A stretch of DNA of 45,573 nt from Parasitella parasitica NRRL 2501 (taxonomy: Eukaryota; Fungi; Mucoromycota), in assembly GCA_025201805.1 (NCBI GenBank), contig MU619414.1, positions 1-45,573 of the forward strand. Reading direction: 5' to 3'. Of the stretch, positions 12,480-26,478 are shown piece after piece; the first letter of the stretch is position 1; each line of letters begins with the position of its first letter. Under the pieces are notes generated by a model. That model saw only the letters and a list, made by a program, of their open reading frames with translations, was not told the origin of the DNA and did not search any database. The translations under genes were made by a program, and so were the position numbers.

Positions 12480-13925
12480 ACATCATGTAATGTGAATCAT
12501 TACACTCGACAGTGAGAACAATAATGTTTCTACTGGTCTCACAATCCAACAGCATCAACTCTGTTACCAAATGAAAAAGGTGTTGTATCGTCGAGCTCGC
12601 CTTGATACTGATATCGTGTTTAGTATTAACAAGCGGCTCCTCAAGGTTACCAACCAAAAGACTCCAAATCAGGGTTTTTCTGTTTCCAGGAATTTGGATA
12701 CATACCAAATAAGAATGGTTTTTGTAGAAGTTTTGTCGGAATGGCAACTGCAGTTGCTGATGAAGAATAGCGATATGGTCTGTTCAGAATCTAAAATTAA
12801 AACTTGAGCAGATGCCTTCAATAGATTTTGCTATTTATATACTTTAGTTGCCTTGTTTGAATGGTAATGAATAATGAGGACCGATACCTTGTTCGCTTCT
12901 GGCTGGGATGGATCAATTTGAATATCTCCATCCATTGTGATGATTGACAATTCTGACACCGATATTGCAGCAATCAATCACGTTTATAATAGAACTGAAG
13001 TACCCGACGTCTTAAACACCAGTGTCAAAATCATGATTAGTCATTGGCATATATTGTAGGCATGGATGGCCAAGATTCTATCAAAATTGGCGGTAAAAGT
13101 AGGCCGTAATCACCCTCGTAGATCCAAACAAGAGCAGTAACTTAAGAGGAGTGTTGCGCTGGACTGCTTGATTGCTATAATGTAGGCACGAGAACCTGAA
13201 GGATTTGATTTTGCCTTCGATTAATTTAAGATTTGGTGTCAACAAAACAAAGGAGAGTGCGAGACTCAAGAATTGCAGCATTATATCAAAGAAGATTACC
13301 TTGAAAAAAGTACAGTTGGAGTAGAGCCTGGAGAAAAGGTAATCATAATATTGACGCCATCAACTACATTGAAACATGACAGAGACCTTTGAAAGCAGTC
13401 TACTTGATGAATATCAAAAAGCAAAGACTAGATATTCGAATGTGTCTTCTTTGGGATACTCTGCTTCCTGATATGATGCAAGGTCATTTAAGAACCACGT
13501 CAGGCATCCAAGCTAAATGAATTATTGATGCTGAGAAACGCAGAATCAAAAAGACCATGTCATTCAATGATACGGAGGCAGATGCCTTAAGTCGCTTCTC
13601 AAGGTGGCCTAATCAAGTTTTGCCATTCATTACTGATGACAAAACTTATGAAATCGAAGCTGACCTTCAACAAGACTGGATGAAACCATGTACTTGCATG
13701 AATTATCAAATCAACAAAGCTTCATGTAAGCATATGCACTTTGTCAGTAAATGTTTAAACACGAGAAGCAAAACAAAAGTTGATACAACTATGCAGCAGG
13801 AAGAAACGCAAGGATTATTGCTCACATCATTTAAAAGAATAAATATCAAATTATTCGGGAATAGCCATATAATCATTAACCGATATGCTTACTCAGAGCA
13901 AGAACTGTCATTTAGAGTATGGTGA
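12480..13925 (+). mobile_element. MULE (Mutator-like) DDE transposase pseudogene with SWIM zinc finger
   Basis: SPSIVMIDNSDTDIAAI (~12927), SHWHIL*AW (~13040), INYIET*QRPLKAVYL (~13360) and SWIM CTCMNYQINKASCKHM; contains stops and frameshifts. Confidence 0.8.
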
Positions 13926-15647
13926 TTATGCTTCTACAGAACTTACCGAAGGAAACTATGGTGCCTCTGCTGGTCATGGGCAAAAGGTTTGAGAAAAATC
14001 TTCAATGAATGAAAGCATATAGGAAAAAAATTTTGGGAAGCTATCAGAACACGTTTTACTAAAAAGGTTACCATATGGATGTCAATAAATAATCACAACA
14101 CTACTACTGTATTAATAATACTTGACAGCTTTTATTAGTTAGAGGAGAAGGCTTTGAATGGAAGAAAGATATTAAAACCTCTGGGTAGAGAATAGGGGGG
14201 GGGGGAGAGAACTGAATAAATTAATATACTTGCAAGATTCAAGTTTACGGTAGAAGTAGACTTTTTGACGCCAAAAACAGATGCTGTTGATGCACTCAAT
14301 AACTGGTCTTTTGACAAGAAATTCAACGAAATCACCACTGCTGATTTCAATGCCATAATTATCTTTTGTAGAGATGCAAGTACCATTTATAGCAGTAACT
14401 TCAAAACTCATAGCTTTTGCTTTTGCTTTGCGCCCCTTTTGTGATTCATTCTGCGGAGTACTTTTCTCTGCCTATGATGGATCCGGTACATTTGACTAGT
14501 TGTTTAACGATTTCAAGTTTCTCAATCTATCTTGCTTCTTTTTTTTTAACATATTAAAGTTGGTTGAAAGTCGTCATCTGAGCAATCTTCTGCATACACT
14601 TCAAATAAATGTAACTACTATACATGTCCTTAATCAGTAACATTTTGACCCATTATGTTAGATACATGCAGCCTACCATTTTTGATTTTGGCGGAAATCT
14701 TTTCTTGGTTTGAAGAGACTGAAGTACTCCTTCGCTATCCTTTCATTTTCCAGTTTGATTTCATGGGTAAAAAGAGAAAAAAGAATCTTTTTGAAAACTG
14801 ATGAGAAATGTTGATAAGAATTACGACTTTATTCATTCGTGCATTTCTGCAATAGAAGTCTAATTAAAGCGATAAAATGCGCAAGCCGCACTGTACCGTA
14901 TAATCAAATGTGTAACAAGAATCCGAATTATGACACTTTTTCAACTGCAGGCAAAAATCGAAAAAAAGAATTAGTATACGTATGAAAGTTAAAAAAATTT
15001 AGGACGGTTCGAATATCTTGCTCATTTATACAGATAAAGTGTCAAAAATGAGCATAAATCAGTACATTGACGTTATATAAACTAAAGCAAGTTTATAGTG
15101 TATTGGTTGAGGTGATTGAGCTCCGAATTTTACGTGAAAGCGCAAGAAACAGAACTAACGATTGAGTGATGGCGGTTGTCGGTAAGGGGCAATTAATTTG
15201 TGAACTAGTATATTATTTCGAAAATACAATAGCTACAAGTTTTTGTGAAATCCTAATTATTTTTTAAGGCTATTACTCTGTCATTGTTCAAATGTTTGAA
15301 GGTAAAAAATGTCCGTGTGCTCAAGTTCGTGCACAAAATATACAAATCAAGATACCTTTTATTCTTATCTGATGGCGCGTTAAGCGGAACCCGAATCAAG
15401 AAAGAGAACATTGATGTATAGAATTCTAAGTTTATTAGTGTATTTTTTTCTGTTTGTTGTGTACATGTGTTTTTTTCGAAAAAAAGATTGTCATAGTGGA
15501 AAAAAAGCAAAAAATAATACAGGAAAATAATTTAAAAAGAAAAAAAAGATTTGTGTATTGAAAGCAATCATGAATGGGAGACAAAAAAAAAGGGGGTGCA
15601 TGTGATTTGTAGAATGTAATGTTAGAAAATAGCATAGTGGACCTCTA

Positions 15648-16900
15648 TTAATTACGTGAGTCAGGAGATGAGGAGGTGTTGGTTGATGTCGATGCAGAAG
15701 GAACGGGCTCAGATTTGACAGCTTCAGACAAGTGAGGGCTATTTCTTTGAGAAGAGGGCTGGCTGTGCTGTTGGTGATGATGTTGAGATTGTTGCTGCTG
15801 ATGAGGCTGGGCTTGTTGATAGTAAACTTGAGGACTGCCAGCAGGTGATTGATGCATGACATGTTCATTATGTTGGCCCATCATAGGAGGACGAGAAATT
15901 TGCTGAGGACTTGCTTGGTGCATCATGTAACTATTGTGTTGATATTGAGGTTGCTGCTGCTGTTGCTGTTGATGTTGCTGCTGTTGCTGCTGCTGTTGAT
16001 GCTGCTGTCCTTGTTGCTGTTGCTGAGGTTGTTGTTGACTATTGTTATCACCACTGGGGACAATGACGGGGTAGCCCATAGGCGGATAAACAGGATTGAC
16101 AACGTAGGGCTGAGGCATAATTTGGTCTTTGTGATAGCTCGCATATTGGCCATATGGATCGTAGTGTGGACTGTATTGATTCAAATTACTGGGATAACCA
16201 AATGGCAGAGCAGGCGCACGCATGGGGGCATATTGGGCAGGCTGACCGGTTTGATCAGGAGCGTTCATCTCGGGAGCATTCTTACGGGTCTTTTCGTCTA
16301 CAATCAACGAAAATAAGATTAGATAATCAAGACGCGTAGGATGGAAAAAAAATTACATGTCAAAAAAAAAATTTTTTTTCTCTCTCTGACATTGTGCAAT
16401 CATATCACATCATTGATTCCCTTTGCCAAAAAGTATAAACTTACCACCAGTCTTTTGTCTTCTCTTGTAAGGGCCACGTTTGATGCCTTTCTTACGTTCC
16501 TTCCTAACAGAATTTACACAAGTGTCGGCGATTCCATACTTGATACATCTAGGGCAGGGTCTAGCATCATCACACTTTTTGCAAGCTTTTTGACAGTTGG
16601 CTTTGAAAAAGAATTAATATGAATGTACACAAGATGTAAACAATAACACAAAATGATAAATAAAGAAATCCACTTACTGCATGCGTTTTTCACTTGCTTT
16701 CGCTTGGGAGCTTGCTGGGAGCCAGTAACCATCGCTTGTTGCGACTGATCAGGAATACCGGGATGTTGCATAGGGGGGAGTCCGCTGTGATGGCCCAGCA
16801 TAGGAGCGTTATTCAGAACATTGGGCGCTTGAGGCTGGGCTTGATAAGGAGCTTGGGGTTGGTAGCCTTGCTGCTGCTGATAGTATGGCATAGATTGCAT
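15648..16900 (-). CDS. Zn(II)2Cys6 transcription factor with glutamine-rich C-terminus (3 exons)
   Basis: Exons 16900-16678, 16600-16445 and 16297-15648 splice to KNACTNCQKACKKCDDARPCPRCIKYGIADTC...RKERKKGIKRGPYKRR, followed by polyQ. Confidence 0.92.
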
Positions 16901-18014
16901 TTCAAATTGTTTTCAAGAACGATAAAAACTGAGAAAATAGAGGAGTCCTAATGAATGTGAGAAAAAAAAACTGGAAGAAAAAAAGCAAAAGTAAAAAAAA
17001 AAGGAAGAGTAAAAATAAATTCTTTGCTGCAAGGGTTTCTTTATGACAAAAGAAAAAAAAATTTTTCAATTTTTTTTTTTTTTTTTTTCAGAGGTTCCGT
17101 TTTTTTTGGTTTTTCTTGCACCCTTTTTTAGAATACGCTTTTTTCGGTCAGTATGCCAATGAAGTGTCTTTTCTCGGTGGGATTTGTAAAATACCAAAAA
17201 ATGGGGGAACAATGGCTTGTTTTTTCCATGAACCGAGAATCAAATGTCATAACAAGAGGGGGGAAAGAGGGGCCAAATGATCAGCATGTAAACACACACA
17301 CAAACAATATATGAGGAATATGCCCATTGAATATTACATATGTTTGTCAATTACAAAAAGGGAAAAAAAGCCAAATTCAACAAATGCGTACAAGAACATC
17401 GCCGCTGTAATCTGACGAGGGTGTTTAAAGTAAAAAAAAAACGAACAGGATGCCATTATAACGCAAGTAGCTCGAGAAAGTAAGGGAAAAGACGATAAAA
17501 GACACATCATTGGCATTCTGTTGCCAAGAAATGAAAGCATTCTTTGGTTTCCCATCAAACGCAGCGTGAAGGTAGAATAAAGTGATGTGTGGGTTTAAAA
17601 GGAGTCTTAACTTACCGCAATAATGAAAAAAAGTATTCTTGTCTTGTCTTGTCGTATTTATACGTATGTAAATACAGATTGTTATGAATACAAAAAAAAG
17701 GAAGAAAAAATGTTGTTGATGGAAAAAAGAAGACCAAATCTGTTTTGATTGCGAAAAAAACGAGATTTATCGATCGGGTATTCAACTCAGACGAAACATG
17801 GCAAGAGAAATGTCGCATTGCCTATAGCTAAATTGCAAGAGCACTCGCAAATATACAGAGCGAAAGATTGATAAAGCCGTAGAGTGTATGTCTAGGACTG
17901 GAAGAGCATCGATTGCTGTTATTTTGCCTATTGGAAACTTTTTTTTTTTTTGTCATTTAAGAAAGCTGAGATCAAATCTAGGAACCACGTTTTACTGTGT
18001 ATGTGATTTATCTG

Positions 18015-18019
<5 letters not shown>

Positions 18020-18072
<53 letters not shown>
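18020..18072. repeat. Poly(T) homopolymer of about 53 nt
   Basis: Direct count. Confidence 0.95.
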
Positions 18073-18257
18073 CAAGTATAGCATATTATACATTTTGTAT
18101 ATCAACACAGACATTTTTCAAGATTCGTTATCAAAGCTAAATTTGAGGGAAGGGAGAATGTATATGTAAAGAAAAACAAGGACGCCGAGCAAACGGAGAA
18201 CAAATGGTGGTATAATCATTTAGGCATTGTCATTTTAATTGGTGGTGTTTTTAAGCG

Positions 18258-21004
18258 CTACACTCGTTCCGCTACCATTTTTTTCCGTAAAACAGTAATA
18301 CGATGACGAATAGAACTGATGACTAGATAAAAGAAGAAATGTGAGTCAAAAGGAGCGAGATGCAAAAGCTAATAAACGTTACATTTGTTGATGATAAGCC
18401 GATCGTTCTCATCGATTGTCATTTCGCCTTTGGGACGGACTTGATAGATGGCTTCCAACATCCATATCGCCGTCTGATAATCTTGCTCACATTCAGTGAT
18501 GTTTTCTCCAACCAGTTCGTGGACCGCTGCAGCCCGACTCTGACAAAATCAGTTAGTAAATATATCCTAATGAGGACAAGACCACGGCTCTTACCATTTC
18601 CAACGCTCTGTCGTACAGTAGCTTGTCAACAAACGCACTGTTGTTGAGATTAGTCGACGCACTCATGTCAGTATCTACAGATTCAGCTCGTTCCAGGCTT
18701 TCATTGAACTTTTCTCGCATCCATTGCACTGCATCATACAACCTGCTTGCAGCAATTTTTCTCTCTTCTTCCTCTTCGACATCAATCAGGTCCGAGCTCC
18801 AGTACTGCTGTGCCACAGATAGCCCTACTTCTATCAGCGCCAATGCCTTGAGAAACAATGCGGATGTTTCCTCCGATAAAAGCTTCATGTCACCGCTACT
18901 GCCGTTTTGTAACAGCTCGTACTTCTGATCTCCATACTTTGCCACAGCATGAGCCATACACGCCATGCTCTCGATACGCTTTATCGTGTGATTTGTCTTG
19001 TGATGGCGTTGGTGATGGCGTTGGTCGTGTGACGATGACATAAATCCATGCGGTGACCCCACTAGATGATGAGGCTCTTTTGGTGGTGATGGCATGCTTG
19101 TGCCGAATAATCTGACAGATGCCTTGCTAATTGCTTTTGCCAGCGCAGAGCCTGCAGAAGAGCCTGTGCTTGATTTTCGTTCTCTAATGAATGGAGATGA
19201 AGAAGGAGAGACATTTGCGCTTGTTCCAGACGTAGCAGTGGGTATATTGACAGCATGTGATGTTGCAGCACTGCTTGGTGATTTTGACAACCTTCTTTCG
19301 TTCAATGGTGTTGATCGCGGAGGTGTGACTTTCAACTCTACAAACAGGCATACGTTAAATTTAATGCGCTTTCAAAAACACATGTGTAAAAACATACCGT
19401 CAGCAAATTGGTTTGTTTCAATCGAGCGAAGATCTAGCATGACATATTCCTGCAGCATTTCTTCTTCCTCTTTTTTGCTATTTTGAGGTTTGGTGCCTGA
19501 ATTCATCAAACTGCTAGGTTGAAACGGCGATGAGGGCGTCCAAGGCTGCTGATCTTTGGATTCAAACTTCGAAGGACGGCGACCTTGCGAATAAAGCGGC
19601 GAAATGGCGTCAGGGCCCGTATTCCTTCTTGTTTCAATCATGCCGTTAAAAAAAACACTTGTCCTTAAAATTCATGCATATAACATACCTCACAGTAGTA
19701 GATGACCATCTTCTTTGGTCTGGCTTACTGCTTGAAATTTGAGCAAATGGTGGTGGCTCATAGCTGCCCGTTTTATGATGATGGTGCTGCGAAGGATCAG
19801 ACTGGGACTGCGTCTGCTTGGAGGATGATCTTTGTGGTTGAACACTGGCTCTTCTTTGTATAGGCTGAGGTTGTGGTTGCTGCAGTAACACAGCAGGGTG
19901 GTTAAAGAACTCTTCAAACGACGATCGCTCGACTGGGTTCTTTTTAAGCAACTTTCGAATTAAGTCCTTTAAATCGCTTCCAATCACGATATCGCTATGG
20001 CGTTCGTCTGGAAATTGAATTTTATCGTTATTTTCCTGGATTTTCTTTAGTAGTTCAATGTGATTTTGCGCTCGAAATGGGGGTCGTCCGGTGACCATTT
20101 CGTACAAGACAGCGCCAACGCTCCATAAATCTGCTTTAGCATCGTATTTTTTATAGGATAAAATTTCTGGTCCCATGTACAGTGGTGAGCCGCAGAGGGT
20201 ATCAGCTAAGCTAGCATTGGGTAAAAATCGAGCAAAGCCAAAATCAGCGACTTTTAATACTGGTAAATCGTCGCTGTGGGTATTTGAAGGTGTTAATAGC
20301 AAATTCTATCGCAAAAATTGAGTAAAATGTCTATATTTTCCGTTGAATATACTGTATACCTGCGGTTTGATGTCTCTGTGAATGAGGTTTTGTGATCTTA
20401 AGAACTGTAATGCATTTGCTTAATTGATAAATTAAGTTAGACTCGATTCCTTTAACCAAGAAATTACATGTAGTTTTCTCTTTTTACCAAGTTGCTTTAA
20501 AAAGTGGCGAACAACCCTTTCTGGCAATCCACCAGCAGTGTTTTTGATTGATTTGTCTGAGCGAATTTCTTTAATGTAATGCGACAAGTCACCCATCGTG
20601 CAATACTCCATCACCAAATAAATATGTGCTTCCGTTTTCTATCGTTATAATGAGTTTTTTCTTTTTTTTCTCCATGCAAGTGGTACATGGCATTAATCTT
20701 ACCTGACATTCAATCAAACCAACAATATTGTCATGTCTTATCCTTGTAAGAATGGATATTTCTGATTCAAGATTCTCCAGCAATTTCTTTGTTAATTTAG
20801 ATCTCTTTACACATTTTATTGCAACGTTCTGGCGGGTGTCCTAATCATGAAGTTAGCCATCTGCATTTTCGCTTATCTATTATTTCTTACTTTATGCTGC
20901 GCTTTATACACTACTGCAAAAGATCCTTGTCCAATGCGATTTTTTATCAGGTAATCTCCAACTTGTTCAATTTTTTTATCCACAAATGTATGTGATGAAG
21001 ACAT
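18258..21004 (-). CDS. ATG1: Serine/threonine kinase Atg1 (multi-exon)
   Basis: [67 protein letters not shown], and a C-terminal MIT-like region ([11 protein letters not shown]); canonical introns. Confidence 0.95.
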
Positions 21005-21545
21005 GTCTTAATAGTTTAGGTATACTGATGTTATAATGATAATAATAAAAAAGTGAGAGAGAGAGAAATAAAAGGGGGGGCAAGAGCCAAAGGGAATTAT
21101 TTAAAAAGAGTAAAATCACTTTATGATTGGAAGGCTCGTTTTCAATCATGTGCGAGCAATGGAGTCATCCTGGCACAGCAACGCACACCAGCTGAAAAAA
21201 AAAAATAAAAATAAAAATAAAAAATGACACACAACGTAAATGACTTGAAGAACAGAAAGCTATAAATTTACTGATTCAAATGTTTTGATGGAAATACCTA
21301 TTAAAATGGAATGAGCCAAGTGTTTGCTTATAAAGGGCAAATATTACACCTAGACCCAACATCCCTTTTTTTTTTTTTTCGCTTTAGAAACGAATTATTA
21401 TTTGTGTTGGATCATGTGCCTTAATTTTTTTTTTTCTATCAGAGATCTATTTAAACTTTTTTTTTTGTTGCCATGCGTTTGATTAAATTTTCTTCATTTT
21501 TTATACTTTTTTTTTTTTATTTTTATTTTTAATATATACGCAAAT

Positions 21546-23193
21546 ATGGTACGTACCTTCCAGCTGTTTCCTTTTATTATGAAATTCTCATCTAGTTTAA
21601 TAAGCTTACGGCCCCTTATGTTCATTCAACTAACGCTACTCAACGAGATGTTCGAGGTAGTCATGACAATACAACGCCTACCACTTCAATGATTGATTAT
21701 ACCAACTTGTATATAAAGAATTTGGATCCTGTAGTCACCAGCTACGACTTATTCGAAAAATTTAAAGCTTATGGTAAAATCATCTCTGCCAGAGTAATGA
21801 AAGATACTATGACAGGCATCTCCAAAGGCTATGGATTTGTTAGTTATACGACTATGGAGGAAGCAAATGAAGCTTTGCAAAATATGAATGGCACTACCTT
21901 GAACTCCAAGACACTTACCGTTACGTTTCATACACATAAAAAATCTGTTCACCAGCAACCAAAGCAACCGAAAATGCACCCAGATTATATCAACTTATCT
22001 CCTCCTTCGAGCGCATCAACTGCTCTAAACAACCAAAAATACCCTTCTCAGCTATCTCCACCTTACCAATGTCATAATGTGCCTACCTCATCTTATGATT
22101 TTGCTCAAGAACAATATCATAATATACCCTCAAATGTAAGTTATTGTTTACAATATGTTTGGTGAAGAAAAACAAACAAACAAGCACTAGTTTTTTTGTT
22201 ATTATTCTTAAATGGTTACCATGACAACCGAGCCTCCTAACCCCCCTTTTTTTTTTACCGTTTCCATGGTTTCTGATTTCTTTCTTTCTTTCTTTCTTTA
22301 TAGCTGACCTCGCCTTCTTTTCAACGACCTGATAATCCTTGGAAGGAAACTGGTGGCTGGATACAACCTTCTGCGGGACCTTATCATGCGTATCATCATA
22401 CTTCATCGATGCATATTGCAGGACATCCAGCAACAACAAATACAACAACAAATGCATCCGTACTGGTGTCACCCAACAATAGCCCACCTTTGATTGATTT
22501 AGAAACCTCGCCTAATAACAATATACCTGGTTACTATCAAAAGCGTCAAGAAATTGATGCTGACACCAGCCAAATTCATTTACAAAAAATTCGCTCTGCT
22601 GTAGCATCTCATTTGAAAGACTATCAACAAAAGGATTTGAATGATTTGGTAGACTTGATCAAATCTTTGAAAAGAAAAGATTTATCACTTTGTTTGTTTA
22701 ATTCTGCTTTTTTGAAGCAAAAGATTGATGAAGCTTACGAGGCTCTAAGCTTGTTTCAGATTCCTGCCAACACACAACAACAGCAGGTTTCCTCCATGTC
22801 AACAACGCCTTCTCTTGTCCCTCACCAAACAGTAGATTCATCAGCAAACAATGGCTTCAACCATGCAATGGCCTTTTTGAGGTTATTAAACGGATTCAAG
22901 TTGAATGACAAGAAACGGGCCTTTGGCGAAATTTTCTTTCCGTATGTTAGAGTAAGTATATTTATTTCAAGTAGCATTGCTGAACCTCACATCATTCAAA
23001 CCACTAGGCCACAGGTGTCAAATATGCTCCAAAAGTTACTATTCGTTTGTTGGACACTGTTCCTTTGGAAGAACTAGCCATTCTTACGGATAATAAAGAA
23101 AAACTGACGAAAATGGCTGAAAATGCATATGCTCACGTTCGATCCACACTACACCAGCAGCAGCAGCAGCAGCAGCAGCAAAAACAAGAATGA
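21546..23193 (+). CDS. RNA-binding protein with one RRM and two MLLE/PABC-like domains (Rrm4-like)
   Basis: RNP2 NLYIKNL and RNP1 KGYGFVSY. LSLCLFNSAFLKQKIDEAYEAL and KRAFGEIFFPYVR|ATGVKYAPKVTIRLLD resemble MLLE domains. ATG at 21546 is followed by intron 21549-21604, in frame with the RRM exon. Confidence 0.85.
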
Positions 23194-23362
23194 ATATTAA
23201 AAATACAAACATGAACTAAATAGTTTTTCCTCGATTATTTACGACATTCATTTATTATACGATTCATGCTTTTATTTTTTATTTTTTTTCCCTCTTTTCT
23301 CTATGCTATTAACATTTTTATGAACTTATCAAATATCCAATATCTATTCAAATAAACTAGTC

Positions 23363-24733
23363 TTACTCATAGCCCCCAATCCCATCAAACATAAAGTAGT
23401 CATCTTGAAATGATGGCAATATTTTGTCAAATGATTCCACATAGGTATTAGAACTACCAGCAAAATTCATGCATCCGATCGTTGTATTTTCTACGGTGTA
23501 GAATTCTGGCTTGGGGGAATTGTTGGATCGATCATCTCTGTATCTTTTCACAAAATGCCACGGACGTTGATCTTGATTCACATCGAAAAAGACTGATTTT
23601 GGAATCTGTTTCATCAAATTTGCATGTACAAACAAAGGCGGCCGCTGCTGCTGCTGCTGGTGGTGGTGGTGGTGATGATCGGCTGCATATTGAAGCATGC
23701 TGTGGCCGCAAAATGTTCCATTTAACATGAATCCCCCCATACCTAAAAAGGTCTCGATGCGATGAAAAGGTGCATCCAAGGCTCTCCATGCATATTGAAA
23801 CGTATCTTTATCCCCATTCAAAAGTCGAAAGTAGACCTCATGAAAGTATTGCATAAACCAGCTAAGCTGCAATGGCATCCAGTGCCTTGCTTTGTCAACC
23901 ACGATTTGCCCGGATTCTTGCTCCCATGTGTCGATACATTCTATTTCTAACAATCGAAATATCTTGTTCTCTGCAGCTGTCTTCCAAAAATCAGGCCAGA
24001 ATATAGCTCCCTTTTCCTTGTACTCGGTTGTATCAAATAAAAATGTAGGATCTCGGGTTGGGATATTGTCAGAATCAAGATAGAGAACATGTTGGAACCG
24101 GGAATTAATGATGGCTGCTGCTTTGACTTGAAATCTACACATGCATGCGATTCAAAAAGAGATTTTTAACGTCTGGAAATTCTTGGGTCATACCAAACAT
24201 AGATCAACCTACTGCTTTCCTCGATTTCTCATCCTACTAATGTACCTTGGCAACCCAGACTCAGATAGATCACGCAGCCTCACGTTACCTAGCAACTCTA
24301 ATACCTTTGCACTAAACGTAGCGGTAGCAGCTTGAGCCTCGTGCTCCATATGCCAAATTTCAATAGGTAGCGTACAATTGTAAAAACGTAAAAGCCGTAT
24401 TGTGCTTGACGTACGTTTCAATGTATCGTCATTACCTGCCACAAATACGATCCCTCTATCTTCCTGCCAACTTGTAGGCTGTGGTTTTGCCTTTTCTTTT
24501 TGAATGAAATCTTTCCATCCAAATTTATATCTGTCAATTGAAATATCAGATAGCTGGTTCCAATAAGCTCTGTTGGTGTCTCGATGGTGGTTATCCACAT
24601 TTCTTTCTACATTTGAATCAAGACATCTGCCCGAGTAACCCTCTATGTTGTATTCTTGATTTCGGATAGATAACATGTACATGGTATATACTATCAAGCA
24701 CGCAATGACAGCACATGATCTTTGTTTAAACAT
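23363..24733 (-). CDS. GT71-family alpha-mannosyltransferase (MNN2/MNN5-like), 2 exons
   Basis: N-terminal signal-anchor, RGIVFVAG, LPIEIW, DxD motif LYLDSDNIP, GAIFWPDFWKT, QESGQ and GDKDTF; intron 24212-24135. Confidence 0.92.
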
Positions 24734-24920
24734 GGGGGGTTTTATTCGAGAGAAATGCTTCTAAATAGGATAAAAGCAATTATTATACAATTTTATATCA
24801 ACGTTTTGAGGATACACAAGGTTATTAAAAGATCGTCGTTTTTTTCCCCACCATCTATTGGGAACTATGATGGATTATTACAAGTACCAATACAATGACA
24901 CAAGGGCAACACAAGCAAAT

Positions 24921-25250
24921 CTATTTCGCAGCTTCCTTCAGCTCAGCAGGTGGCTCATCGATTTCTTTCCAAATAGCCTCCAATTTCTTTCTCTTTTCTT
25001 GAGCTTTGCCTTTATTTGCTGCTCGCATGGCAAGAAACTATGCACTTGAGTGTCAAAACAATACCATTTTAATAAATAAAAAAAAGCGTCTAGACATTAC
25101 CTCCTCTTTTAAGCACTCGTCCACAGCTCTCTTGGCTGCATTGCAAGTGCCAATAAACTTGTTAAATGTTCCGGCTCTATGACATTCTTCCAAGGCTTCA
25201 ATCACTTTGTCGCAACCTTCATGTTTATGTGCGTCTAAGGGGGGATGCAT
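24921..25250 (-). CDS. CMC2: Twin CX9C cytochrome c oxidase assembly protein Cmc2, 2 exons
   Basis: MHPPL..H.H..C..VIEALEECH...KFIGTCN..KRAVDECLKEE; second exon ends ...AELKEAAK*. Confidence 0.9.
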
Positions 25251-25444
25251 ATTGTCAATATAATAATAATATTAATGAAGAAAGAAATGAAGTGTATCAG
25301 ACCCTGGTGCACTCAAATCATCCATTGCGGGGTATATGGAAAAAGTATGATGCAGTGTGGGTAGTTTTATACTCACTCTGGTTTTTTTTCTCTCTCTCTC
25401 TCTCTCCACTTGCTCTCTCTCTCTCTTTCTTAACCATTTATTAT

Positions 25445-25903
25445 ATGAAAGAATCACAACTTAAGCTCGGACGGTTGGTTCAATGTTTTTGTTCAGATTG
25501 CAACTGGAATGAACAAGGTTTTCAGTGGATCTTACCCAGAACAAAAAGTAAGCATGTTATGTATGAGAAATCAATCAAATATAAAGACACACAAGGTACA
25601 GTAAGGTGTAGCACCTTGTAGACGTTCATAGATTTTGATGATATGCTGTACATAGCGCAGAAAGATATGGATATGATCCAACAAAATCTTGCATTTATAT
25701 CCATAAACAGTGATCATGGTGGGATTGTCGTTAAAAAGAAGCCGAGAAAACCTGCCTTTCGACTATCGATGGCTTTACAAAGAAAATTAAATCAGATCGG
25801 TTACAAGGAAACGTTGGTAGTACTGAAGGAGTTTACTGTAACCTCCTCCCCATCCTCGTTTGATGCCTGCTTGCAAGATATACCAGTTACAGATTATTAC
25901 TGA
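25445..25903 (+). mobile_element. Possible CACTA/EnSpm-like transposase 5' fragment
   Basis: VQCFCSDC....GFQWILPRTKSKH resembles the C.C..C...RT...H leader of fungal CACTA-like transposases; no catalytic core follows. Confidence 0.35.
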
Positions 25904-26208
25904 ATGCTGCGATGAGTATATATTCAAACATCGTAATTACGTACTTATATCATTTTTAATACTCGCTTTTTTTTTTATTCTACTAATTTACATTACTGTA
26001 TTTCATATATAAAGAAACTTATTTTATCTACTGCTTAGGATGATTAGGCACAGGATACTACCGTAGTAGTGCGTGACATTCATTGTGTGCGGCATGATGC
26101 AATCTGCATATGGACATTGCTATATGGTTAAAAATACAGCAAAATATCTGTTCATTATTAGTAGCACTGGATCAACATCAATCACCATAGCATCTGACTC
26201 CACGGACC

Positions 26209-26478
26209 TTACCATATATAGCATAGATTATATGATAACATTATTGTATACATAGTAGGTATATGCAAGTGATTGCACCATAAGAGTTTTCTTGGAATAT
26301 TGAGCATGCGTTTGTTTAGTAAGACACTCATTAACCTCCTCTGGAAATCTGGAACAGTAATTTTACGCATAAAGGGATACAATGCTTGATAAAAGTGAGT
26401 ATCCTTAGCTTTGGATACGTATATTTTACAAATAAACAAAGTTTTTTGACCTAAAGCATTTGTAAACAAGACAGACAA
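26209..26478 (-). CDS. Unknown short ORF, divergent from the structured tract
   Basis: 89-aa ORF without a recognisable motif; may be a decayed fragment. Confidence 0.2.
   Translation of the reverse strand: MSVLFTNALGQKTLFICKIYVSKAKDTHFYQALYPFMRKITVPDFQRRLMSVLLNKRMLNIPRKLLWCNHLHIPTMYTIMLSYNLCYIW

Noticed and set aside
14135-14700. Minus-strand coding-like remnant
   Set aside because: No diagnostic motif; cannot be assigned.
15849-16316. Leu-rich + strand ORF and similar antisense ORFs over ATG1, GT71, AAC and the transposases
   Set aside because: Shadows of real genes on the opposite strand, for example CAG repeats read backwards.
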